A stretch of 64,000 nucleotides of DNA from Carcharhinus amblyrhynchos. Taxonomy: Eukaryota. The notes below the pieces were generated by a model that made no database searches, was not told the DNA's origin, and worked only from the letters and a program-made list of their open reading frames with translations. The stretch is taken from positions 32,240,001-32,304,000 of the forward strand of contig OZ336890.1 of assembly GCA_965287045.1 (NCBI GenBank). Direction: 5' to 3'. Both the position numbers and the translations under genes were made by a program. Numbering within the stretch: position 1 is the stretch's first letter; each line of letters opens with the position of its first letter. Below, piece by piece: positions 51,526-62,389 of the stretch.

Positions 51526-52415
51526 CTGCAGAAACAAACCAAAAAATTTCTTTAATTTTTACTTTCCATTTCTCCTGCTCCAGCTAAAGCCTCCTCTATC
51601 TCATCCAATTCCAGTAATTATCAGCAAATTATTTGATCTTCAATGACGTCACAACTAAATCCTGTAGTATAAGACCAAGCATCAAGACACTTATATTTCC
51701 CAGCAGAGGTAACTGAATAGTGATCAGTAGTTTTGCTCTTTTCTAGTCCAGCGATGCTGAGACCAACAGTCAGGTCACAGTTGCTGGCTCAGCTGAAATC
51801 AACCAAAATCAAGTGTGTATGTTACACATTCATTGGCCTAAGTGAACTCCTAGACACAGAACCATATTATATATCTAAACACAGGGGAGTGCAGGTCATT
51901 TTCTTGGCTTGCCTTCCTTTTTCTAATATACTTGTTACTGGGTTACAACACAGTACATTTTACTCATAATATACATAGTAACAAATGTGTTGGTTCCAGG
52001 GGTCGTGAATAGCTCTGGGATTGATTCCAGCTACTGGCAGTGCCTCAAGTGCACATTTCCACAGTATTTGATGGGTTTTGGTACTCCAACAGTTCCTGTG
52101 CTGCAGTGCAGAGAAGCTCGCATGGACTGCTTTTGAAGCTAGCCACTGATAGTAGGTCAGTAAGAAGTACCTTATTTCATGGAACATCGCCTGGTTTAAC
52201 CTCAGAGCGGGCAGCACCTTCTTGAAAACTGGGTTACTTTTTAATCATACTTCAATCTGCACTAGCCACAATAACTGTGGATCTACTCCTCACAAACACA
52301 ACCATTTCCCTCAGTTTGAGCAGATGGCACTGAACGGCAGAACACTATGGCTGCTTTAGGGTAGTACAACAAACATTAAGACAACACTTCAAAAAAGATT
52401 CACTGCAGTTCTCAC

Positions 52416-52537
52416 CTGAAGTACTTTTCCAACCCCACAACAACGAAACATGGAACTCTCCTAGCACTTTTCTGGAGAATATCAAGAACAAAATCTTGTA
52501 ATGTCACCTGGTTTTCAGACGCAGCCCCTTGCAATTC
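52416..52537 (-). CDS. EME1: EME1 coding exon 4
   Basis: ELQGAASENQVTLQDFVLDILQKSARRVPCFVVVGLEKYF plus 2 nt; CAG acceptor, GTGAGA donor; 122 nt. Confidence 0.92.
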
Positions 52538-52685
52538 CTGGGTGAGAAATTATAGGGAAATGTGTGTGTTTAATGAAAGTTAAAATCAGGATTGTTATCA
52601 AATGGGTGCTTAATTGTATTCAAATTGTGGGACTCATTGGAGACTTACATGTGCACATTCTTATATCTACATACACATTTTTATA

Positions 52686-53070
52686 TAAGAACATAAGAAC
52701 ATAAGAAATAGGAGCAGGAGTAGGCCATCTAGCCCTTCGAGCCTGCCCCGCCATTCAATAAGATCATGGCTGATCTGTTGTGGCTCAGTTCCACTTTCCC
52801 GCCCTCTCCCCATAACCCTTAATCCCCTCTCTTATCAAAAACCCATCAACCCGCTTCTTAAAAATATTTAGCGAGGCAGCCTCCACCACTTCAACGGGCA
52901 GAGAATTCCAGAGATTCACCACCCTTTGAGTGAAGAAGTTCCTCCTCAACTCCGTTCTAAACTGCCTCCCCTTTATCTTGAGGCTGTGCCCCCTAGTCCT
53001 ACTGTCTTTTTTGAGCGGGAAGAGTCTCTCCACCTCTATCCTATCCATCCCATTCATCATCTTATACGTC
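52686..53070 (-). mobile_element. Young CR1 3' fragment (family B)
   Basis: Near-identical to 32891-33270; ttatataa on both flanks (52681 and 53102). Confidence 0.92.
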
Positions 53071-53660
53071 TTCATCTTCTTCTTATCTTCTTATCATCAT
53101 CTTATATAATAGTATAGGAGCAAGCACGAAGTGCAGCTGGTAGTCAGAGGTGTATGATATACAAGGTGTGTCTCTGTAGACAAAAGGTCAAGAAGATAAC
53201 ACACCTTTCGTGGTCACAGAAAGTTCCAAAACATTGTACAAACAATGAAGTACCTTTGGAGTGTGATGTAGAGGATTCGAATAGGCTAATAAAACACATA
53301 ACCATAGGTTTAGGAACATTAACATGTTACTGACTTAAGAGTGAATGATCTTGGGACTATGGGAACACTGACAAGGCTGCTGATAACGAATACATCTCTA
53401 TATGATTAACAAGTACTTTTCTTTAAAAACATGTATTTTGAATTTATGAAATGAATGAAGTTTAATTTAGGGTTTTGTAAAGCTTCAGTCAACAACAAAA
53501 TACTGCAGGGCTTGGCAGGAGAGTTATAGACAACGCCTGCATTCCAAGGGACAATGGTTTCACTGAAAGCAGAAACGTAATCAGCAGTGGTTGGAAACAA
53601 AATGGCTATCAATGCCAATTTTATGAACAAAGCTATGCAGCTCCAAGCAGATAATGCAGG

Positions 53661-54117
53661 TGTAAGGCAGACATAAGAGATTTCTCAGGGTCAGACGAAT
53701 GTCACGTGGGTTCAACTCGGTGGGAATCATCCTCCTGTTTCACTGTCCAGTGTCCTGTGTTGTGGGGCAACAGAAGGGAAGTAACATTTATAATTAGTAA
53801 CAAATGAAATCCTCCTATTTAGGTCAAGATGTGTATTGTTATTGACTGGAATTAATGATGGGATGATTATTGACTGATTTGTATTAATGCTTATTGGATT
53901 ATGCCCACTGGGAAGGTGGGAGAAATGATTTTGTAACCAATAACTGTCCTTGCGAGGGCATTGTATAGCAGAATGATATCGGGCGGCCCAGATCCTCTAT
54001 CTGGAGTGCTGGGCTTCTTTATATAATTCTCCCATTCGATCATTTGGTTAAATAAATCAATGCCTTAAAATCAGTACACTGTGTTTCACGAGCCTTTATA
54101 TTAGTTTGAGCAATACA
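53661..54117 (+). mobile_element. Candidate solo LTR
   Basis: 457-bp segment TGTAAG...AATACA with TATA-like and AATAAA (54051) motifs in LTR order; no clear TSD. Confidence 0.35.
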
Positions 54118-55336
54118 TAGTCTCAAGAGAAGGACTTTGCAACAAAGACCAGGCAACAGAGTGTACTCACTACTGTAATATCAGAAATGTAACAGCCAAT
54201 TTTTGCACACAACGCTCCTGCAATCTGCAATGTGATGATGACCAAATAATATGTTTTGTACTGCAAATCAATGGATAAATATTAGCTGGAGATATATTCC
54301 TTGTTATTGTCAAATTGCACTGGAGGATCTTTTGTGTTCATTTCAGAGGGAAGTCGAGATTTTGGTTAAACATCTTATCCAAATTGTACGGAGATTAGGT
54401 TCCAGTGTTCTATCCTTTACCACCAGGCTATTCGATTCCCAATAGGAAGCACTAATCATGTTGTTTCGTTATAAGGAATTCCAAGAACTTTAATTGTGTT
54501 TTATGGTATATATTCTAGTTGAAAGCAGAAACTAACAGCATTGCCTATAATGTACAATGGGGTTACTATTTCCTCCCATCAAGTTCCACTTCTATTACAT
54601 TAGACTGTGGGATTTCTATAGTGTTTGGAAAATTCAATAATGCTCTTTGTTTTTCTGGTCTTAGTGAATCAAAGAGAATAAATACAGAGGAGGATGAAAA
54701 CTTAAACATCTTGTTGCTGCAAGAGATCAATGTGACCTTGTCTGTTAGGAGGCTTCTTTCTTCACTGACTCAGGCAAAGGTAATGCTTTTACCAGTACAG
54801 GCCAGCTGCTGACATGCCACCCAACTGGCCACTCTTCAGACATGAGCCTAACCAGGAAGTGTCGACGGGCTGTTCAACCACACAGGGTTTCACAGTATAA
54901 CCCAATCTTCATTTGATGCTCTTTATCAGGAGACACTATTTATTGATTGGGAGTGAGTATCAGAGCTGATATTTTATTTCTCCCCTGAGGTTCTAACTGA
55001 AATCAGTGAGAGCAGGAATCAAACCCAAGATCTTATATTCTCACTGGGCCATCTGGAAAGTTTCTGCCAGCCTTGTTAACCAGAAATCGCAGATAAAGCT
55101 GTGGAAAAAGACAAAACCTAACTTGCGCTATTTTAAATAAAATAAACAACTGACTTCTGGGGCTTCCATTTCAAACAGAAATCATTAAAAAACTGATTCT
55201 AAGTGTTAAAAAGTGAATTCTGGAAAACCATCAGCTATCTAACTATGGAAAGTAACGAATGCCTGACTTTGACCATTCTAGATGTCAGAGGGCTGAAACA
55301 CAAGAAAATTGATCCACTTTTAATGTGTAATGTTAC

Positions 55337-55426
55337 CTGTTTGTAGTTGTGAACCATAGAAACAAACTCCTCCAGTGGAATATAGACCAGAACATGAAGC
55401 TCATCCACCCAGTCAGTCTTTTCATT
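55337..55426 (-). CDS. EME1: EME1 coding exon 3
   Basis: NEKTDWVDELHVLVYIPLEEFVSMVHNYKQ; CAG acceptor, GTAACA donor; 90 nt. Confidence 0.93.
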
Positions 55427-56444
55427 CTGTTAAGATAATTTTCAGGACATATTTTATCAAAGCATAAAAACAAGTTACAAAATGGAATAGTCTGGCTGTT
55501 CTGTTGACACACTAAGAAGTCTCAAACACCAGGTTAACGTCCAACAGGCTTATTTGTAGCAAATGCCATTAGCTTTCGGAACTGACTGTTCCTTTGTCAA
55601 CCAGCCTGTATGACCATTGCACAGGCAGTAAGTACATCTCAAATGTTCAACTGAGATTTTTATTCTTCATTATTGAGAGGCCAAAGGGCAACACATCAGC
55701 AAGGATCAGATGCAAAACAAAAAGGCAAGGTAAAGCACAAAATTATCGAGGTTTTAAAAACTTGAGGATTATATGAGGTGAAAATAAAGCAGCAAATAGC
55801 CCTCCAGATCCCATATTCCGAAAACTGGAGTACATCAATAGAAAAAGTTGGATGGAAAAGAGAGGAGCCCAAATGGGAGTGATGGTAGGACTGGAACAGA
55901 AAAGCTCATTGACAGGAAGTAATCCCAGGTCACTGAATATCCACGTGAGTCTTGGTAGCATTTGAGAGCACTGGTGGTGGCCACTAGACTGGGAGATCCA
56001 ACAAGGTTGGACAATTGTTTTGTTTCAGATGGTGATATTTCTGCAAGACAAACATGAACACACAGGATTTTAAGCTAGTGTGAAAGGGAATGCTGAAAGA
56101 CAGATTGCGCATTAACTGAAAGAACAGAGATCAAGGATACCTTAAATTGGGACCTTTCCAAAAAGGGCCTGATGATGAGTGGGATCCCTGAGGTGTATGC
56201 TGGGCTTCACCTTCTGCTTATGTCACTTTGGAAATTACAGTTCTACAGTTTACAAATGCTACAATGTTGTGCAACAGTCAGGGTCTTAAGCAAAGAAAAC
56301 TGAATGACCCCAACATCTGGAGATATTGAAGAACAGAATCTACAGGGAAAACGCACTTGAAAGTATTTAAATGTGAAGTTACATACACCTAGATAATAGT
56401 CAGTTCACATTACAAAACTTGGAAGTATTACTGAAAAAAAGGTA

Positions 56445-57035
56445 CATGTTGTTGAAGCTTTTCATCTTGTACTCATCAGGACTTTTTAATTAGGAATACC
56501 AGTAGTAAAAGGGAACAACAATTTACACTGCATGAGAAAACAGTGCTAATTGGTTGGCAAGTGGGCTGATTGGTAGTGGCATTGCTATGAAGAATGAACT
56601 ACAGAATGGCTATTGCTCAAGTTTTTGTTTCGTTGAAAAGGTGCAATGAATAGATATACTCCTTTTGTCTGCAAAGGACTGAGTCGTGTGTGTGAGTATT
56701 GTGTAGCTTCCAATGTGCATAAGTGAGCCACAGTGTTAGCCCAACAAATAATTTAAAAATGGTTTTCAGTGCTATTCTTCAGCGCAATCAGAATTGTTTA
56801 GCGAGTATTGTCCAATCACAAAATCTAATGTTGGACATCATGTTTTCAGTTTTACAAGTAGGGCCTGGTTGGGTGTCTCCTGTACTTTGCCTGTTATGAA
56901 CAGCCAAAGGGACGTGCTGTTTGATATGATCTGCTAGTCTTTGAGACACATGGTCTACATACCTGGCATCTCATCGGCACTGAAATTCATATACCACATT
57001 ACTTAGTTGTGAAGCAGGATGCTGCCATCAAGCCA
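56445..57035 (-). mobile_element. Old Penelope-like fragment of a second family (GIY-YIG remnant and hammerhead)
   Basis: Minus-strand NVVYEFQCR*DARYVDHVSQRLADHIKQHVP; CTGATGAgtacaagatGAAAagcttc at 56479-56454. Confidence 0.7.
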
Positions 57036-57758
57036 AAAAAAATCTACCTATAATAAGGAGGGATTTCTTTATTCAGAGGGTGGTGAACCTTTTGAATTCT
57101 CTACCCAAGAATGCTGTGGGAGTTCAATCATCGAGCATGTTCAAGACAGCAATCACAGATTGCTGGATATTTATGACATCAAGGGATATGGGAATAGTAA
57201 GGAAAAATGGCTTAGAGGTGGATGATCAGCCATAATCTGTGTTTGGCTTGATGGGCCAAATGGTCCACTCTTACTCCTATTTCCTATGTCATTAAGCCAA
57301 TACTTAAACCAAGAGAATGAAGAGTAAACTACCAAAGGATCAGAGACACATGAGCAAAAGTTTCCTTTGGAGTTGTGTTTTGGGTGTGCCTGCATGGGTT
57401 CTGACTGTTTCTCATTCACTATTCAACTAGACACAAGTTACAACTGATCTGCAATGTGATTGTAAAACTATGCCATCATAACTGAATATGATTCTGTCCA
57501 AATCCATATTCCACACGCTACTGGATACCGTAGTTAGCAGCAGAAACCAAGCTGAACACTTCTCGTCACACCAATACACGTGGGCAATTGCAGCATCCCA
57601 CATCTTGATTGATGCAGGACTTCATGGACACTAGACAAAATTTTCAGTGTGATATTTTCCAATTTTTAACAAGAACTTTTAAGACCACTACATTAGAGGG
57701 TAAATAATGCGTTACCACAACTTTTCCAATCCTGCTAAAACATATGAATATCACATAC

Positions 57759-57898
57759 CATCTGCTGCCCTACAACGCAAGCCTGTCTTCTCCTCCAGGT
57801 CACACTGTGGGGAACAGTCTGATTTTCTATCACACAGCTAACCTCCATGGTCTGTAGAGTACTGAGCAGTTGTCCACCTCCTTCTACCTGAAGCAGCC
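57759..57898 (-). CDS. EME1: EME1 coding exon 2
   Basis: [38 protein letters not shown]..., similar to human [37 protein letters not shown]; CAG acceptor, GTATGT donor; 140 nt. Confidence 0.95.
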
Positions 57899-59116
57899 CT
57901 GTGTAGTGAAACAGATAACACATCATGCTCACATGTGCCACAGTGAGAATCAGGTTTTATCAACATTTTGGGAAACTATACTGAATAGTGCACTCCCATC
58001 TGTGACCACTAAGGTCATTTCAAAAATGTTAAACTTAACTTGAAAGGAGGCTTCTCCCAAATCACTTTTGGAGCAGTGTGAGACTGTTGTTATGCAGAAG
58101 TGGGCAAATGATCCTCAATTCCATATCTCAAATGATGGACAGCAAGACAATGCAGCATGGTCATAAGCGAGTCATAAATGGATTTAAATCTTTTGGCCCA
58201 GAGGCAGGTGTGGTACCAACTAGGTCAGAGGGGTAGATGGGAGGAAAAACCAAATAAAAATGCATCCGTGTCTATCTCTGGATTCTGGAATAATCTTTAG
58301 GGGCTTAGTAGTATCTATACTGGATCCACTGTTCATGACGATTAACAACACCACATGCAAAGCATTAAATGTAACAAATTGTATTTATACAGCAATACCC
58401 CAAAGCACATAAACATCACCGATGATGAGATAAAATTCACCTGGAGCAGCAGTTAGAATTTAGGGCAGGGATTGAAGGAGCACTTGTAGATGGATATTTT
58501 TGAAGGTCAGCACAGATTAAAATAAGCTACGAGGGTTAGAAAAAGAATGTCATACGCAGAGAGCTGATGATTTTATGGCTCGGCCACCAGTAGTGAAACC
58601 GGACAGGGGGTGGAAGGAAAATATTGAACTGTGCAGCCAACTCAGAATGAGAAGTTGGGCTGAGGTGGAAACATGGATACGTGGTTAGCAAAATAATCAG
58701 ACAACGGTAGATAAGGAGGAACTATTCTTGGTGGCAGAAAGATCGAGCGCCAGTTGACACCAATTTAAAGGTGACCAGCATAAGAAGCAATGGTATCATG
58801 AAAAAAAACTTTCTTTTGTAATGAGATCTGGAATGTACTACCTGAAAATGTGGAGGAGGCAGATTCTATAGTGATTTTCAAAAGTGAATTGGCCTATAGA
58901 AAAGAAAACTTGCTAGGATACAAAGAAAAGGTAGGGAGTGGTACGAGTTGAATTGCTCTTACAGTACACTACAAACAACCTATCATCAAGTACTTAAAAA
59001 TATACGTGAACTGTTATTAAACAGCATAGGTTTTGTAACAATGGCTAATTTAAGCCCTGTTTTAACAATTTCCAATGCTTTCTCATGATATCCAAACTGT
59101 TTTTTTAAACACTCAC

Positions 59117-60014
59117 CTGGATCAATGGACACCAGCATGTGTTTGAGGCATTCTCCCGGCCTCAACATCTTCTCAATGTCAGCTAACTCCTTCTTCATGG
59201 CTTTTTCCGCTTCCCGTTGCTGACGAACTTTTTCCTTCTCTGCTCGCTGATACTCTCGTTCCTGACATTTTCTCAGTGCCGCCTGTTGAGTCTTTTTGAT
59301 TTCTGCTACATTCTGTTTAACTTTTTTCTGTGGGTGGGATGAATCTGTTGCCACTTTCCTGGAGGATGGCCCATTCCTAACACACAGTTGAGCTGAATTT
59401 AAATCAGGCTCATGTGATTTTGTTGGCTGCAACATATGTACTTCATCTCCATCATCTGAGTCTGAAATGTCCCATGTAGAGCGTGAAGGCAAAGCTCTTT
59501 GGCTAATGAACGTAGGTTCCGTGGCTTGGCTCTCACTGAGAATGGCATCAGTCTTTTTCATTTCAGGGCCAACTTGATTAAGTTGAGGCTTATTGGGAAT
59601 TGAAGTCCCAAGGACAGAGTTACATCTGGAATTTTCTTGACTAAATTTAGAAAGAGAGTGGTCAGGCTTCTCAACATTTTGATTCCCAGTTAGCTTTGCC
59701 CTCAGCCTATCGGATAAAGGAATGATTAAATCATCATCACCATCACTCTCACTACTCACAACTGTTACTATTTCCTTAGGTAAGCATTTAACAGAGTGGC
59801 TATGAATCCGCTGAGAACATCTAGTTTTGGCCAATGGAGCATCATGGCGTTCAGAGTCTGAACCCTCTACGACAATTGAATCAGACTGTCCTGGAGACCT
59901 GTGTTTGAAATCCACTGTGTCGTCACTGACTTTGCTTCGAAGGCCAGTAAAGCTGAAAACGGGCAAGTCAAATGAATCGTTATTTATGTCTGTGTCACCA
60001 GACTCATCTTCCAT
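59117..60014 (-). CDS. EME1: EME1 first coding exon (disordered N-terminus and coiled coil)
   Basis: ATG at 60014 (MEDESG...DLPVFSF...); ends KMLRPGECLKHMLVSIDP, similar to EME1 RPEECLKHIIVVLDP; GTGAGT donor; 898 nt, phase 1. Upstream acceptor and 5' UTR exon not resolved. Confidence 0.92.
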
Positions 60015-60262
60015 CGTCACACGACAGTATTCCCTATTAACTTCAAGTGATCATACCTCAAATAGAAACAAATATGAAGGTAAAATAAATATAGGATTCT
60101 TTCTGGCACATTTCGTTCTGCTCAAGGTGAAAAATGATTGTGTGGAGGAAACAAGTACATCCCACTACAAGTACCCAGTATCTCGCACTTCCAGGTCAGA
60201 AACAGCGTAAGTTAAAGGGATAATCACACACTCTCTATTCTACCCCAACAACAAGAAATTAC

Positions 60263-60610
60263 ATGGTGTCATGATATTGTCAGTAGACTAGAATCCAGAG
60301 ATCCAGGGTAATGCTCTGGGTACCTGGGTTCAAATCCGATCATGACAGATAGCGAAATCTGAAACCAGTAAAAAAGAAATCTGGAATCAAAAGTGTAATG
60401 GTGACCATTGTTGATTGTCACAAAAAATCCATCTGGTTCACTAATGTCTTTTAAAGAAGGAAATCTGTATCCTTACCTGATCTGACCTACATATTACTCC
60501 AGACCCACAGCAATGTGGTTGACTCGCAAATGCACTCTGAAATGGACGGCAATTAGGGGTGAGGAATAAATGCTGGGCCCAGCCAGCAACACAGACATCC
60601 CATAATAAAA
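60263..60610 (+). mobile_element. tRNA-headed SINE (second family) sharing its tail with the old LINE
   Basis: Head with A/B-box-like motifs; core ctggttcactaatgtc...gaaggaaatctg; tail ggcaattagggg...aataaatgctgg also seen at the LINE end near 28248-28275. Confidence 0.75.
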
Positions 60611-61382
60611 CATAATTCAGCCTTACTAGACTCATTTCCTCAACACTCTCTGTTTGCATTCTGAATTAACTAAACAGAGTAATTTGTAGTTAGTCCAACT
60701 GACACACATAATGGTCAAAGATGAAAAGATCCGTCACCATGAAAAAAGCTTTGCAGAGAACATCAAAAATTGTACAAACGAACAATCACAAATTTGGTTT
60801 GAGAGAGGGGGAATGGCCTTGATATTTATAATCAATACTTTATGCACGCAATGCCACAGAGAGCCCAGTTAGGATGTTCTAACCAATGGTTATATTTTAA
60901 ACTATATCCTTTAACGAAATCTAAAATGGAGTAATTTGAAGTATGTTGTTGGAGGTGGGGTTGAAGAGGAGCTATGTGTGACCTCTTACTAGTTCTGCCC
61001 AGAGACAAACCCATTTGGCTTTATAGTAATTCTGACAAAAGACGAGCTCACATGACCTAATTGCCATTAGGACAGGGGTCTCGGTTGAAACCTACTCAAC
61101 AAGCTGCTAGTTTTAACATCTGGCCACAAAGGAAGGGACGACTGACCTTACCCTTTCCAAATTGACAAACTCTCAGTGGCAGTCAAATCAAGAGTTTTAG
61201 GGAGAAAGACCCACAATCAGTACTGCTATGGTAAGCAGAAGAAAAGGACTAGCTTGAAGAAACCACCAGTTGAGGGTCAATGAGAGGGGATGTCATGTTC
61301 AAAGAAACGAGGATTGCCAAGAGTTAAAGACCACAGAATCAGCAGAAAGTACCAAGAAATGGGAATTTGGAACAGATCATTT

Positions 61383-61562
61383 TACTCCAAAGTTGTGCAA
61401 GTTAGGTTGATTAGCCATGCTAAGTTGTCCCTTAGTGTCAGGGAGATTAGCACAGCAATTACGTGGGGTTACGAGAAAAGGGCATGGGGGTGTTTGATAT
61501 CGGCACAGGTTCAATGGGCCGAATGGCCTCCTTCTGAACTGTAGGGAATCTATGATCTATGA
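61383..61562 (+). mobile_element. 5'-truncated HE1/V-SINE-like SINE
   Basis: tccaaagttgtgcaagttaggttgattagccatgctaag...ggccgaatggcctcct...tctatgatctatg. Confidence 0.8.
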
Positions 61563-61579
61563 CTCTCTTCACTACAAAA

Positions 61580-62207
61580 TCTGACAACACCAGGTTTTAG
61601 TCCAACCTATTTATTTGATAATATACTCACAAGCTTTCGGGGTTAGCCCCTTCGTCAGGTGAATGGAGAGTTCTGGCCTCAGACAGAGCATATAAAGCAC
61701 AGACAGTTTAGAGATTACTGATCAGAATGCGAATCCTTACACCTAACCTGCTGTTCAAGACCTGAAGTGGCTGATAATATGAGTGGAAGGAGCACTGATT
61801 ACAGTTTAAAGAGATGTGTATTGTCTCCAGACAGTACAGTAAGTGAGGTTTTGCAAACCCAGGCAAGTCACGGGGGTTACAGGTTGCAAAACCTCACTTA
61901 CTGTACTGTCTGGAGACAATACACATCTCTTTAAACTGTAATCAGTGCTCCTTCCACTCACATTATCAGCCACTTCAGGTCTTGAACAGCAGGTTAGGTG
62001 TAAGGATTCGCATTCTAATCAGTAATCTCTAAACTGTCTGTGCTTTATATGCTCTGTCTGAGGCCAGAACTCTCCATTCACCTGACGAAGGGGCTAACCC
62101 CAAAAGCTTGTGAGTATATTATCAAATAAATAGGTTGGACTAAAACCTGGTGTTGTCAGACTTTTTACTGTGTTTACGCCAGTCCAACGCCGGCATACCC
62201 ACATCAT
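61580..62207. mobile_element. Non-coding Penelope-derived fold-back element (arms 61580-61856 and 61884-62160)
   Basis: About 277-bp inverted arms, 3 mismatches seen by eye, 27-bp spacer; homologous to Penelope terminal repeats elsewhere in the window. Confidence 0.92.
61631..61658 (-). ncRNA. Minimal hammerhead ribozyme motif (intact core) in the fold-back element
   Basis: CUGACGA-a-gggg cuaa cccc-GAAA-GCUU; the partner arm at 62082-62109 has GAAA changed to AAAA. Confidence 0.65.
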
Positions 62208-62389
62208 CTCTTCACTACTCCATTTGTTAAATGTTAAATGTGCCATCGAAATGCAAGCACAGTATGTGCACATGGATTTTTTTAGATTAATATGCAGGGT
62301 GTGGGCATTACAAGCTGGGTCAGCATTCATTGCCCATCCCTTCTATATGAAAGCAATTGTGGGTTTGGAAGGTGCTGTCTGATAAGCCT

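Noticed and set aside
58986-59116. C-terminal part of the 344-aa ORF
   Set aside because: Read-through into the intron past the GTGAGT donor at 59116; the apparent GECLK repeat is coincidental.
61580-62160. Autoregulatory cruciform substrate for MUS81-EME1
   Set aside because: Similar palindromic elements occur throughout the window, so proximity to EME1 is unremarkable and nothing supports a functional link.
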